Part shown: in pieces, positions 26,805 to 40,120 of the stretch
Layout: each line of letters opens with the position of its first letter
How positions within the stretch are numbered: the first letter of the stretch is position 1
Assembly: GCA_043228905.1 (NCBI GenBank)
Contig: JBHGNT010000009.1
Span: 8,680,001 to 8,744,000, forward strand
Length of the DNA: 64,000 bases
From: Azolla caroliniana
Taxonomy: Eukaryota; Plantae; Polypodiophyta
Reading direction: 5' to 3'
The notes under the pieces: model-generated
The model's input: only the letters and a program-made list of their open reading frames with translations
Database searches by the model: none
Told to the model about the DNA's origin: nothing
Program-made: the position numbers and the translations under genes

Positions 26805-29363
26805 GACAACAACTAATATATTATGTGAAAGATAAGTACAAAGCGGCTAAGAGGCTTAAGACTGGTGTTGAACCAATTTGGTTCAAAACAATGCCTTGTG
26901 CCTCCTTTTATAGTGTTTTTAGGAATAAGCCTGAAGCTTCTAGAATGTTCCAGAGAGATCTGGAATATACATCAATTTTCTATGATAAAGCATAAATGAA
27001 AATATCCTACAAATTACAATTCATAGTCTAATGGTAAGAGCTCGACCCATGTAGCATAAGGTCATGGGTTCGAGTCTTGCCATATCATGACACTAGCTAC
27101 TAGTAATAGCTAAATAGTGATTGACAATAGCGAACTTAGCTATTATCAGCTAATTAGCTACCACAATAGCTATTTAGCTACCTCAGAATATGACCATAGC
27201 TACCTTAATAGCTAATTAACTAATGGCAATAGCTAGTTAGCTATGTGAGGAGCTAATTAACTATTATCAATAGCTAATTAGCTACTCTTAACAACTAATT
27301 AGCTACTGGCAATAGCTACATCAGGGCACATTTTTTATACTCACTAGACTCCCTTTTTATTACGTAGGTTGATTCATTTATAAGGTTCAGGCGAATGCAT
27401 CCAAATATCAAAGTTCAACTACGAACATTTGAGTCTCTTAAGCCACACTTTGTGAGACAATTAAAGCATTGATACACATGTTGTTGCATTTACCATGTAC
27501 AAATGGGTTTTTTCAAGGACTCTATTAATCTACTACGTCACCATAGCTCCTCCCTAGAGGATGCAGTCTGCACTTGTGAGTGCCCAATTTGTCGATCTAG
27601 CCTGCAAGGGCACTGTAAATAATCAGAGCATGTTATCTCTTCCATGAGTGGTCTTTTAGATTTAGTATTGTGTCTGAGAGAATTTGAGGCTATCTTCCAT
27701 AGTCATAAATGTGTCATGGGTTTATGTCAAGATTGTGGCCCTAGTAGATTTAGGTGCTGTCCAAAAGAGTTGAGTAGTGAAATATTAATCTCTATCAAGT
27801 TATTTGAGTCTGTGAACACCAATTTTGAAGGAAAGGTGTGTAAAAGAAAGGATCTAGTTAGGAAGTCTCTTAAACTAAGGGATTTGGCGTCTTTATTTGT
27901 AGTATCTCTAGGAAAGTTCATTAAACACAACTTCATTTACTAATGGTAGGCCCATCAGTTAAAGACTTGCATATCTGATTTCCCAAATGATGTAGTAGTC
28001 TCAATAGTAGATTTCGTAGAGACTTATACTTTCAAGCAGCAGAATGAAATTCAATCCATGCATTGGTGTTCAGTGCAAGTAACCATTTTTGTGCATATAA
28101 CATATTTTCGAGTTTTAGGTGATGTTAAGAAAGCAATTCATTTTTTTATTTTTGATGATAAGAAGCATGATAGCTTGTTTGTCCAACACTATTTTAAGTT
28201 ACATTAGCAATGGTTTTTATGTCAACGTTTGGAGCTTACTCAACATTGGGTTTGGTCTGACGGAGCTGCATCACAATTCAAGGCTAGACGTCCATTTTAT
28301 TTTGTTGGGAGGTATCCTTCTATAATAGGTTTGGAGATGAGATGGATTTTTTTGGGTCTCGCCATGGTAAAGGTGAACATGGTGGAGCAGGTGCAGTTAT
28401 AAAGCGGGCACTTACCCATGAACAACTAAAGGCAAATAGTGTGCATATGAATTGTGCAGCACATGTAGTTGAATTTTTAATTCTAGCTAATATGTCAATG
28501 AGTGCAACTGGTGTTTATTCCTCGCAGGTCCGACATATCAAATGTGAATTTTGGGAAGTAAATAGGGAGAAGACCTGGGAGTGCCAAGGAATTCCTGAAT
28601 TGCGATCTCTCCATGCTCTTCGGGGTTATTCTAGGTTGGATGGTCATTGTATTGCGGTTAGAGAATTAACTTGTTTTTACTTCCATTGTGTGCAGGGAAA
28701 TTGGAGGTATTGTTTAAACAAAGCATATATTCAGAATTGGGAGTACCATACATTGAATGAAAAGGACCGAGCGGATGGAGAAACAGAAAACGATGCTGAC
28801 TTCACATATCAGGGTCGTGGAGATACTTTGAGTGATGTCATAAACGTTGGGGATAATTTCACTGTAAATGCAGAAGTAGACAATTTAGAGGGTGTTGATT
28901 TCCATATATTGAAGTGCACAGTTTGTAATAATGTGTATGAATGTATTTACAACAGTATGCCATGGAATTTGTAGCTACAAGGAGATCATACCAATTTTCT
29001 TGTAAAGTGGACAAAGTAGTTGTATTGTAAAAAAATAATTTAATAAAATCGTTTGGGAGTGTTTTTTTGTTCTTGTTTCTTAATAAAATCGTGTTTGTTA
29101 AATGTGTATTGATTACAATTAGTTTTACTATCAATTTTACTTATTGCAACTTTCAGTTTTAGTGTTTATTCAATGTGCATAATGGCAATGATTTTTTTAC
29201 TCTCAAGTGAACCATGCACAAGTTCAAATAGTTTGCCATTATGAGAACAACCAACAACATGAAATCAGAAATCAATGACCTATTTTAAAATTACACAGTA
29301 GATAATTTACTCAAAACCAGAGATTTAATTCTTCATTGATTAATCTGTCATCAAATTACATAT

Positions 29364-31170
29364 TTACAATACACCTTTGGCAATGTCTACAAAACGCATA
29401 TAAATAGCTAAGCTCTTGTTGGTCAGTGGAACTTCTCTACATATGTGATCTGCATACTGAGCTCGATATGGTGTCCACAACCATGCAGTTAGTTGGTAGC
29501 TTAATGTTTTCATAAAGTAGTTATCAGGCATTTCGTCAAGTACAATGAAACAACATTTGTGAAGGTTGTAGTAATGCTGGAAATGTTTTGTATCCACAAT
29601 CAATGTATTGTCAGCATTATATTCGGGCTAGGTATGCCAAAAATCAGAAAGTCATTTGAATCTTGCAATATCCTGCTGGTCACATCTTTCTCATGTCCAC
29701 TGACCCTTGAAGTGTTATTGCCACTTTGGGAAGAATCTTTCTACACACTTCCAAACCTCTGAACGTGGGTTTTCACTCCAAATAAACAAATCAAAGTATT
29801 GCACAACCCTCTCTAGAAATTGATTTGCGTCCCTCAGTGTTATATATCGCACATTCATCAACACTTTATCAAGCTCCAAGATCAAGGCTCTTCTTTCGAC
29901 TTCCAATGGTTTAGGTTTCCATTCCTGCAACTGAGCCTCTGTTACACCAAGTATTGGTAGCACATGATCAATTTCAATCAACTCAGGTTCTGTCGACACA
30001 ATTGGTGTCCTTTTCCTCTTCAAACCTCTTAGAGTCGACTGTGTCTTTGGGTCTGGCTTCACCTTGTTTTGCTCTTGTGTAGTCATTAGGCATGGCTTCA
30101 CATTGTTTTGCTCTTGTATAGTCAACCGTGTAATCGGTTTTGGCATTACCTCTATGCATGTGCATGTAGATATTTCTCTGGTCGATATTAGTCCACTGGT
30201 ATCACATGCTGCATCTACCTACAAAATTAGATCATCTGTGCAACATGCTTGATCTACTTGCGTGACCAGATCATTTGTGTCAGTTGCTACATCTACTTTC
30301 AAGATGGGGCCCTCTAAACACGCAACAACATCAACAATTTCCACACTGCCATCGGCCTTAGGAGCAATAGATTCAAACCCTTTAGACTCTACAACATCAG
30401 AAAACACCAATATATTCACTCTCACAAAATAGCTAACTGTCTCACAAAACAACATAATGAACATGAAATATTCTGCAACAAAATAATAATATTATCTTAA
30501 TATCCATCATAGAGTTCCATTACATAATGTGGATCAAGCAACAAACAATCTGAGATGTTACTTGTCCAACTAGACCATAGGCCATCTTCATAATTTTCTA
30601 GGAAAATGGCTAACAGTCATATCCCACTAATCAGTAATTGGTAATAATTAGCTCCAATTCAAGAGCCCCTTGATCGAGTAACTGGTCTTGTCCCCGATTG
30701 TGGCCCCTTCTTTAGCCTTTTTCTAGCCAGTTGCCCATTTAGCCTTGCTTCTTTCACTCATTGCGCAAGTGTGTCCTCCTCCGACAACCTTTCCATCGCC
30801 TCAGCAGCGGCTTGCACGTCAGTCGCGTCTTGCGATAGCTTTTCAAGTATAATGGGATCTAGTGGGACATCATCAATAGTTGGGCTTGGTGGGGTTGAAT
30901 CAAGGTTTGGGATTCGAAGAAATGTTGCATCAAGTGTTCAAAAACATTGTTGTTATGAACCTCAGATTTACATACTGTTTCCAATATTTCATGGCTTTTC
31001 ACAACGTTGCTTAATTTAGTACAATCTTCCAAAAGAATAGGGTGGAGCTGATATGAAGGAGATGTAATAGCAGGACTCTTACTTTCAGTCGTGTTGCCAG
31101 TTATCTCCTCATCGGTTGTGGCGTCATTGGCACTGGACACCTCATGCAACCTCCTTAATCCATGAGATTC
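29364..31170 (-). pseudogene. FCP1/NIF (HAD-type CTD-phosphatase-like) domain gene carried by the transposon, decayed
   Basis: One frame over 30146-29364 with internal stops: RALILELDKVL..R.ANQFLERVVQYFDLFIWS...W...YNADNTLIVD...HYYNL..CCFI. Additional low-complexity coding pieces upstream to about 31170. Confidence 0.65.
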
Positions 31171-31219
31171 TACAACAACATGTCAACTAATTAGCGGGTT
31201 CTCTTGTGTTTTTCTATGA

Positions 31220-32168
31220 CCTTAGCTAAATTCTAAATATGATTGCTAATTAGCTACATGGTAGGTAATTAGCTTCTTCTTAACTATGGCAGGAGCTAAT
31301 TACCTATCACTCTTGATATTGCTCGATACTGCTACATCTTAGCTAAATAACTATTCTTCTTAACTATGGTAGGAGCTAATTACCTATCACTCTTGATATT
31401 GCTCGATACTGCTACATCTTAGCTAAATAACTATTCTTCTTAACTATGGTAGGAGCTAATTACCTATCACTCTTGATACTACTTAGCTAATTAGCTAAGA
31501 TGTAACTAATTAGCTATTCTATTTAAGTATCGTAGTAGCTAATTAGCTACCACTTAACTAATTAGCTACTACACTATAGGTTGGCAGTAGCTAATTAGCT
31601 ATTGACTTTAGCATGGAAGTAGCTAATTAGCTATTCTACTTAAGTATGATAGTAGCTAATTAGCTACCACTTAACTAATTAGCTACATTGTAGCTAATTA
31701 GCTACTATACTATAGGCTCGCAATAGCTAAATAGTTGCTGACTTTAGCATGACATTAGCTAATTAGCTACATCGAAGCTAATTAGCTATTCTACTTAAGT
31801 ATGGTAGTAGCTAATTAGCTACCACTTAGCTAATTAGCTACTACACTATAGGCTAGCAGTAGCTAAATAGTTGTTGACTTTAGCATGACAATAGCTAATT
31901 AGCTACATCAAAGCTAATTAGCTATTCTACTTAAGTATGGAAGTAGCTAATTAGCTACCACTTAGCTAATTAACTACATTGTAGCTAATTAGTTGCAACA
32001 CTATAGGCTGCAATAGCTAATTAGCTACTTAAGTATGGTAGTAGTTAATTAGCTACCACTCTTGATACTGCTTAACTAATTAGTTGCTAGCCTATAGATT
32101 GACAATAACTAATTAGTTATTCTACTTAAATATGGTAGTAACTAATTAGCTAAGTGGTAGCTAATTAG
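31220..32168. repeat. Second TAGCTAATTAGCTA palindrome array, including an 80-bp tandem duplication at about 31270-31480
   Basis: More than 30 copies or variants of TAGCTAATTAGCTA. Confidence 0.93.
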
Positions 32169-32169
32169 A

Positions 32170-33850
32170 GGAAGTCTAGGCACATATCAATTGGAGGAAG
32201 TCTAGTCTCATATCATGTACCTAAAGGGATTTGGAACGTTTAGGATGGCAAGGATCTGTGGTGAAGAAAGGTTCTAGTTTTTGACACGTGGGCTATCCCA
32301 TTAGGAATGAATGTTACAAATGGTCAATTGATTGAACAGATGTTTGGTAAGTTGAGGGATAAGTTCATATATTGGAAGTCACAATCTTGGCGATTTCATG
32401 TACGCTTGAAGGTTGTACAATGTATAATGGAACCCATGATATTATATTACTTGCCATTATTGCCATGGACAAAGAAGGCTTTGCATTCTGTTTTGCAACC
32501 TCCTTGATATTTGTTGTGGAAGAAGAGGGATAAGATGGGAATCGCATGGGTTGTGTGGAATCATCTAGCAACCCCTAAGCGCTTGGGGGGAGCTAGAATA
32601 CTGAACTTATCTAGGCATATGATGGCTCGTAGATTTTCATTATTACAAGACATGTGTTCAAACTCACAACCATGGATATTTATTGTTCAATATTTCATTG
32701 AGAACAAGGGTTTTTAACACATGGGAGGACAACAATTAAGGCTTCATGGTGACAATTATTGAATAGATGTATTTCACTTAGGATTTCGAGCTCTTCATGT
32801 GTTCAACACTTGGTTACCTCATGGCAAGAAGCACTCTTGTTATGTGTATGGAAAACATCATCTAGTAGAGAGCATTATAATTCTTTGCAAAAAGAGTTAC
32901 TTGTGTCTTCTCGGTTATTATGTTGGCCAGAAAAGGAGAGATTGCACTCTCAATTTAATCGTTTGTTTCGTTTGGGGGTCAAAGAGGTTGGAGATATAGT
33001 TGAGGCTCCATCTCAAACAATTATTATGTATCTCGCCTAATTATGGGTTTATTTAGCAACAACTACAAAATATTGTAGTGATGCAAGGTCCCTTACCTCT
33101 ACAAATAGGAGACACAAGTGTGGATTGATTGGTGTTTACGGGGTCAAACACCATTGTTACAAGTGACTACTAATCTTTTGTATCATTGCTCTGTTGAGTC
33201 TCTTGGATGGCTATCATCTAAGTCTGAAGAAGAATGGAAAATACACAAATCTGATCATGGGTGGTGGCAGATCTTACAATGTAGTTGGCATTCTAAATTG
33301 TCGCTTGTAGCGAAGGTCTTCATTTGGAGAGTTTTGATTGGAGGATTGCCTTTGGGATTAGCTCTAAAGTGTCATGGACTAGAAATGGGTAATTGCTTCT
33401 TTTGCATTGTTCAAATGGAAGATCTAGTACTCATCGATTTATACAATGTCTGATTGCTTGTCAGATTTGGAGTTACATTTCTCAAATTTGGCAAGTTTGA
33501 TCACAGTGTTATTTGTCACCTAGACAATGTGTGTTTGCACAATTTACACAGGTTGACCCAAAATCAGATATAGGGATCGTTTTCCTATTTCTGAGATATT
33601 GGGGATTGTGTCATAATTGGGATATGCGAAACACTTTTGTATTCGATGGTAGATATGGAGTTAAAGCATATCTATGAAAGTTGAAGGGAGTACTAATGTG
33701 ACAATTGTTTTTATTGGAGTAAGTGGAAATTCTTTCCTTAGTGAAGTGTTCGTCTTGCCTATTGGCACTTCAACATGTTCCATTACCCATGTAGTGTAGT
33801 TAGCAGGTGACCATACACCGGTGTCACACCCATTGTAAGTAGTGTTTTTC
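32170..33850 (+). mobile_element. 5'-truncated, decayed L1-type LINE (end of ORF2 RT plus zf-RVT region)
   Basis: Fragments VGYPLG...KLRDKFIYWK...RLKVV, WVVWNHLATPKRLGG.RILNL and KVFIWRVLIGGLP...CFFC. Confidence 0.8.
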
Positions 33851-33999
33851 ACACACATTTATTAATATAATTGTGTGTTTTCACCAAAAGAGAGAGATTG
33901 GATTTGATTACCTTCTTTGGAGGTCAAATATGACTCTAATGCCAAAAATATTACATTTCACGTAAAACATGTGAAATTGAGTAGCGACTCTTGATGTTC

Positions 34000-34830
34000 A
34001 AGAACTTTACTAATGAATGTTGCAATTGAGCATGCATATTGTGATTGTGAGAGAAATTTTTTGGTCGAAGATGTATGGAAAGCTTAGTAGAATGTGATGA
34101 AAGGTAGAGTATTAATTCGAAGTGTGATACTCAAACTCTTGAACTTGTTTAAGGAAAAGTGTGCATAGTCGACCACTGTCAACCTTTGTGCCCCAATGCT
34201 CCGTCTCACATCACAATGTGTGTGAGCTAAGAAGCAATGGTTCATATGGCGGACAACGGGATGGGCTCTAACACATAACAATGTGTACAACTTCCCCATT
34301 TGGCGAAGAATATGGTTTTGTAGTTAGATGCAACGTATGTAGTATAATGTATGAAATGTGAATTGCCACTTTTTTCCCATGTCATGATACATTGGCATTG
34401 CAAAAAGGCCTCATTTACAAAGGAATCTAGCGATGCATCATGAAGCAAGTGTGTTGCATCCCATCTTCCAAACCATTTTTCCATATCTTGCATCCAACCA
34501 AAACTCAAAAATTTGTTTTTTTCCATCTTTTTTATATTTTTGCATGCTTCCCATGCGATTCTAGGAAGTTGACGTGAGGGACTTTTTTGAACCTTAAGCA
34601 TGTATTCAACAACCCTTTCCATGGACATGATCTCAATGGGAAGTGAGAGGAGGGTGTATGACATTTGTTTCTCAACTTATAGAAACTTTGTAAGAAAATG
34701 CTTTTGGACATTTTCAAACTCTTTCCAAGTAGATTTAGGGATACTAGCACCCCATACTTCCACCCCACACAAAAACACTAATGTCACCAAAGTGTTGAAA
34801 TGATATTTCTTGTCACCGTAGAGGATATCA
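34000..34830 (-). mobile_element. Decayed non-LTR retrotransposon 3' fragment (RTE/L2-like ORF2 C-terminus)
   Basis: FNTLVTLVFLCGVEVWG...WKEFENVQKHFL and RQLPRIAW. Confidence 0.7.
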
Positions 34831-37800
34831 TTTTCCTCTCCTTGAAATATTAGGGATTGCATCATAATTTGGATGCACACAATGTTTTTGTATTTGATGG
34901 TAGGCATAGAGCTAGAGTATAAATTATGAAAGTTGAAGGGAGTATTGTTGTGTAGTTTTGTTTCTTTGAGCAAGCCGACATTCTTTCCTTGGTGAAGTGT
35001 TTGTCTCGCTGATTGGTTATTCAAAATGTCCTACTTGTCCTATAGTAGTGACACCACTTAGTTTTAGTAGCATTGTAATGTTTTTTGTAAAGAGAGAGCC
35101 TATGTAGGTGTAGCTTGGGTATGATTGTCCAATGAACACTAAGAGGTTGTGTGTTCACCCCCTACATTCCACAATGGCACATAGAAAAAAGTAGGAAGAA
35201 AGGAGGTGTGATAGTTGAGAATTGGTAGTCCAAACAACTTACCACTAGGGTAAGGTACCCATAAGGAGGCAAGGAGAGAGAGAGAGAGAGAGAGAGTTGT
35301 TTGGGTTGAGAATGACTTTATGTTTACAAATGCGTTGAACAATATTATTATCATAACCTCGTCAAATTATTTGTCAAATTGTGGTAATGCAGTAGTTTTT
35401 CTAAGACACAAATTCCCACCAATCTTGAAGTATAAGCTTCTTCGACGATAATATAATTATGATCCACAGTCAACATTGTAACTCCTATGTGAAGTTGAAA
35501 TTTGCATAAGGAAAAATCAATAAAAGGAATGCAAGAATACATGGGTATATTGTCCATGAGGTAACAGTTTGTGTGGGCTACAATAGTTGGCAAAGGAGAA
35601 GAGGTCCTTTGTTGGGTTTCTTGTGGTAGTTCCTTGTTTTTGAGCATATTTATAATTCATTTACGTAACCATGCGTTAAGGGGAAAAAAACTACGTCAAT
35701 CCTAGTTTTGGGATCTCAATAGAGGTGCTAAATATTAAACGTGATTAAAAAGCTTATGTTTGACACGTCGTCGATAATGGCAAGACAATTGTCCTGGGAG
35801 CAAATTGGTCTTCATCTTTATGATAAAATTTCAATAAAAAAAGGAACCGATTTCCATAACTCCTTACAATATCACGAGAAATGTTAAATGACAATACTAT
35901 TTTTTCAAAAACGTTTTCCTTGTTGACGGTGACTCTATTTTTTGTAACTAAACAAAAAAAGTGATGCAACATTGATTCCATGAGTTGTCCTTACACTTTT
36001 GGCCTTGATGGAGATCAAGTCATAAAACAAAGAAATTCCCTTGCAAAACTGCATAACGATTCAATCTCCCCCTCATCAACTTCTATTCAACCACTCAACA
36101 TTAAATATAATTCAAAGAAAAGTATATCGCTTAGGTGCGTTTTCAATACATAAGCCTCATTTTAATCCTCTTTAACGTGAGAACATCAAACACAAAGTTT
36201 TCAAATGTATCGAAAAACTACTAAGAGAATAAGGCAACGACATATATCAAGATTTAGTTTGGAAAACCTCAACAATGTTGATATCACATAGAATTTTGGA
36301 AATATCCCATCAATGATGTCATGCAACCAAGTACATATAGATTAAGTTAAAGCTTTAAATTTGTAAGTAGAGAAAAAATGAAAACAAATTAATAGTGTGA
36401 AAGCAAGGTAGGACAAATAAATAGAGTTCCAATTAGGCCATAGTCAAGATGGCTATGTCAATTGTTTGGAGATCTTGAGGTCGTTAGTTCATTATAATGA
36501 TGTGGGCATGTTCTGTAGGAGAAATAATATTTGGTAAGCAAGAGGTATGGAAGTATAGATCTAGACATATGACCTTGAATTGGTAGCTTCAATGAGTTAT
36601 GAATGGAAAACACGCAGATTTGAACCGAGTGCATGGGTTGATAAAGCATATGGTTTATTGTTGACCAGAGAAGAAGTTTGGAAAGAGAATAATTGTTCTG
36701 TCGATGTATGCCACTCATTATTTATTGGAAGAAGAAAGAAAGAAAGTTTTGTAGGAATCATTATGCAAATTGCACATATTGACCAATTACTTAGACTTCC
36801 TTATCACGAAAACTCGAGTAATAGAATCATTGAATAATCATTGGAAACATTATGTGTATATTCAAGCCAAAACTGTTTTGTTCCTCATGAAGGAAAATAG
36901 TCAGACTTGCCATCACATGATAAACGCTACATTTTGAGAACCAAAAACCAATTTATTGTTTAGGATTAACAAAGATGCTACTACCAACATGTGGCATCAA
37001 CAAGTGAAATGCTATTTCTAGATTGGTACCTATTCAGACATTGTTTGGTGGAAAAAGCAATCCAAGTTAATACTATTACCCCTATATTTCCCCAATACAT
37101 AATTCTTCTTTTTTCTTAATGGCTTATCGATGAAGTTAGCTAGAATCAACATGAGCTAAGCTGCACCAAGGAAGTTAGAGAAATTTTAGAAGTATGCTTG
37201 CTTGTTTTCAAAACTATATGTGTGCGTGTGTGTGTGTGTGCATACACACTCAAAGCATATATATTTATGTACATATGTATGACTGTAATTTTGAAAATTG
37301 GATGACTTAAATCGTATTTCCCTATCGATAGATAGTCATCCACCTATATTAAAAATTAGCTGTCTTAATTCTTGGCCTAGATGAGATTGCATTAAACCGC
37401 ATCGTGTGCAAGAAATTTCATAGTACATCATTGGATTGCAATAATCTCACACATTAGGTGTTTGCAAGTCTCGAAAATCTAATAATAGGATCATATGTTA
37501 TTGCATGATATAATTCACATATTTCCCCAATTGGCCAAAGTATTATCACTATATATATCGTCAATCATCAAGACTTTTCATTACTTCTCCTCATCTGAAG
37601 TTGACTACAATTTTGACAATGTCACACACTATTAATTGTTAATGCCAATTGGACACATCCCTTATTACAATACCAAGGAGGGCTAATGACCCTCGCCCTT
37701 GGCAATGACTTCTCACCATACCACCTTAGGTAGCTTCACTTGATTGTTACTATTATATCTCCTCTTCGTCGACAATCATTTTTTGTAGTGAACAGGCCTT

Positions 37801-39411
37801 CTGCACAACATGTGATAATGAGCATTAACAAAATCTTCTTTAACATGGAACTATCATCCCTCGAGCAAACTCAAAACTAATACCTTTTTCCACTCGATCT
37901 CTATATACATATCTAGAAGTAGTTAAATGTGTTTTAATGGAAAGCCTTCTCTAAATGAGAAAACAAGACCTTCAAACATACTGCTCGACTTAAGAAATTT
38001 AACATGCCATTCTGGATAGGATAGATACATGCATTGCACACAAGAAGAGTCTTTACATCATGAAACCTTATTCTTCAGAGAAAGTAAACTCAAATGCAGT
38101 GGGGCTTTGATGCCCTGAGAGATTCAGGTGACATAACAATAATGCTTGATGTTCATGAAACTCGATTCCTATAAAAAATGCTTCATATCCAGAGGCTTTT
38201 GGCAGCCTAAGGCTATCTATTTTTCTATATATTTGAGGCATCATCCCAAATTGCATGCGAAGAAGCATGAGAAAAATTCCATACTTCTTGCATATACATA
38301 TTGGCAAATGCTAACATAACAGAAAGAACACAAGGGTCATAAAAAAGCTTAATTAATGAGCACACATTGTCATGAAATTGTACGCTACACAGGGAATGTG
38401 TCTCATTGCAAGCAAAATGAGATTTCTTGTGATTAACAGTTCCATGTATGAAGAAATTGTTTGATCACATATTTCAAGACGTTCACAGCAATTCAATTGA
38501 TTTTTTTTCAGCATGGAAAAAAATAGAGCAAATGGCAAGAAAACAAATTAGGAACTGCCACCACAAAATCTTGAAGAAAATTGCAAGTTACCAACTTCCT
38601 TTACCGTTTGGAGGGTGGTTGCAGGAAGAGGAATGCCCAATGATCTTATAACTAGAATTAACACGTGATGCTATGTAAAAAACTGAACTGAATTATTCAC
38701 GCAAACCATTATGGTTCAGTTGCCGAAATTTAGATGCAAGGGAAAAAATTGATCTATTTTGACTGCATTTTTTAGGGCAAGATGCCACCTTGTCAAAAAG
38801 AGGTTGATCAATTATAAGTGCAATGGAACCAAAAGATCTGATTGAGAGCAAATGTTCGCGGCATTTGATCTAACAGTTCAATCCTATGCATTTTAAGATG
38901 ATTTGTAGGGACGCTTTCCAATTACAACAGACAGAATAAAATAAATTATGTCTTTACACTGCAAATTTTTACAGACAGACTCGGAAAACGTGAATACTGG
39001 TCAATAGAAAACGTTGCGTTGCAGAGGTTTAGAAAAAAAGATCAATGGATGACATAAAGAATTGATGATACTAGCATTATCAGATTTCCACCCTTCATGT
39101 AAAATAGTCGGTTGGGATGGCTTCCCTTGACATAAACGAGTGGAGGACAAAAAAACAAACCAGAGCAAAACCTGCACTTACAGAAACTCTAGCTAGATCT
39201 GCATTTGTTCGACAGAAATTTGGATACAAAAAAAGAAAGATGACAAACTTTCTTAGCTCTTAATAATATTTCTTTCCTTTTGAATGGATCGTATACTGCA
39301 GAAATCTAGAGAAGGGAAGGCAACAGGCTACCTGTCTCGTCTATAATTCTGGACTGTATAATTGCGGAAATGTAGACAACGGATGATAAGAATTTCGGTT
39401 CTCCTCCCCCC

Positions 39412-40005
39412 CTAGACATTGCTAACAGGAGGTTGAACAGGGATGGATCCAATGAAAGGGATGAAGAAACCAGAAGAAGAACTATCGTCATCGAGGAACA
39501 GATCATCAGGTACACGGAAAGCAGCATGAACACAGATAATGACAGATCCGATAATCGCCGCAGAGATAAGGACAGATCCGACGTTTGTAAGGAAGATGAT
39601 GACGATGGAGAGGACGGTCATGAGAACAAAAAGCTCACGTTCGCTGAAGGAACGGCCAAACGCAGAGAACGTTCCGGATCTGATGAGATACATGTAGGCC
39701 CAGGCTGCGAGGAGGGAGGCGAGGAAGAAGAAAGAGACAGGGTGAGAGAGGAGGGAGAAGGCGACCATAGCTGTGAGGAGGAGGATGTAGTTAACACGGA
39801 AGTAGTTGGAATTCTTTCGGATTCGACCTGTGGCTTCGGCGATGGAGTCTGGGCGGGAGAAGGAGGTCCGATCTACGAGCTCCAGCCATGGCTTCCTCTG
39901 GGAGAGAAGGTGTCGCGTTGCTTCTGAGACTCGGGCGAAGAAAAGCTTGGCCGCAGGGGTGGACGCCAGAGCTCCGCCTACACTTGTTTCCTGTGTGCTT
40001 GCCAT
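39412..40005 (-). CDS. PRA1: Prenylated Rab acceptor PRA1 family protein (PRA1.B-like), intronless, 197 aa
   Basis: RKPWLELVDRTSFSRP, RIRKNSNYFRVNY and HAAFRVPDDLFLD, with hydrophobic hairpin segments. Confidence 0.96.
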   Translation of the reverse strand: MASTQETSVGGALASTPAAKLFFARVSEATRHLLSQRKPWLELVDRTSFSRPDSIAEATGRIRKNSNYFRVNYILLLTAMVAFSLLSHPVSFFFLASLLAAWAYMYLIRSGTFSAFGRSFSERELFVLMTVLSIVIIFLTNVGSVLISAAIIGSVIICVHAAFRVPDDLFLDDDSSSSGFFIPFIGSIPVQPPVSNV

Positions 40006-40079
40006 GTCGTCTCTGTGTGAGTGTGTGTTGGGGAGGATTTAGGGTTTCTCTTTCTGCACAGAAGAAGGATTAGGCGATG

Positions 40080-40089
40080 AGAGAGAGAG

Positions 40090-40120
<31 letters not shown>

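Larger units (their letters stand above)
21392..27092 (-). mobile_element. Full-length Ty3/gypsy chromovirus, Tcn1/Tf2-like. LTRs 21392-21833 (3') and 26630-27092 (5'); TSD CTAGC
   Basis: TG...CA LTRs differing by about 6 substitutions and 2 indels. CTAGC at 21387-21391 and 27093-27097. PPT AAGGGGGAGATAG next to the 3' LTR. PBS is not complementary to a tRNA. Confidence 0.97.
19530..28974 (+). pseudogene. Sola2-like DDD transposase pseudogene; exons about 19530-20828 and 27368-28974
   Basis: Motifs FESLKPHFV..YTCCCIYH, VDFVETYTFKQQNEIQSMHW..QVTIF, DDKKHD, WSDGAASQFK and FFGSRHGKGEHGGAGAVIKR. Several stops and frameshifts; third catalytic Asp appears mutated (HDG to HGG). GT at 20829 and AG at 27366-67 join in frame as DVPQ|VDSF. 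Confidence 0.8.
17609..32168 (+). mobile_element. Decayed large DNA transposon, Sola2-like; right end not found
   Basis: Candidate left end GAGCATAGAATGTTC (Sola2 termini begin GRG), GC-rich subterminal repeats at 17666-17820, a transposase pseudogene and a convergent second gene. Boundaries are approximate. Confidence 0.6.

Noticed and set aside
33960-34020. Possible right TIR of the Sola2-like element
   Set aside because: Only CAAGAAC matches the reverse complement of the left end; too weak.
39433-40073. Plus-strand ORFs overlapping PRA1, and similar antisense ORFs over PGK and the pol genes
   Set aside because: Shadow frames of real coding sequence with no recognisable motifs.
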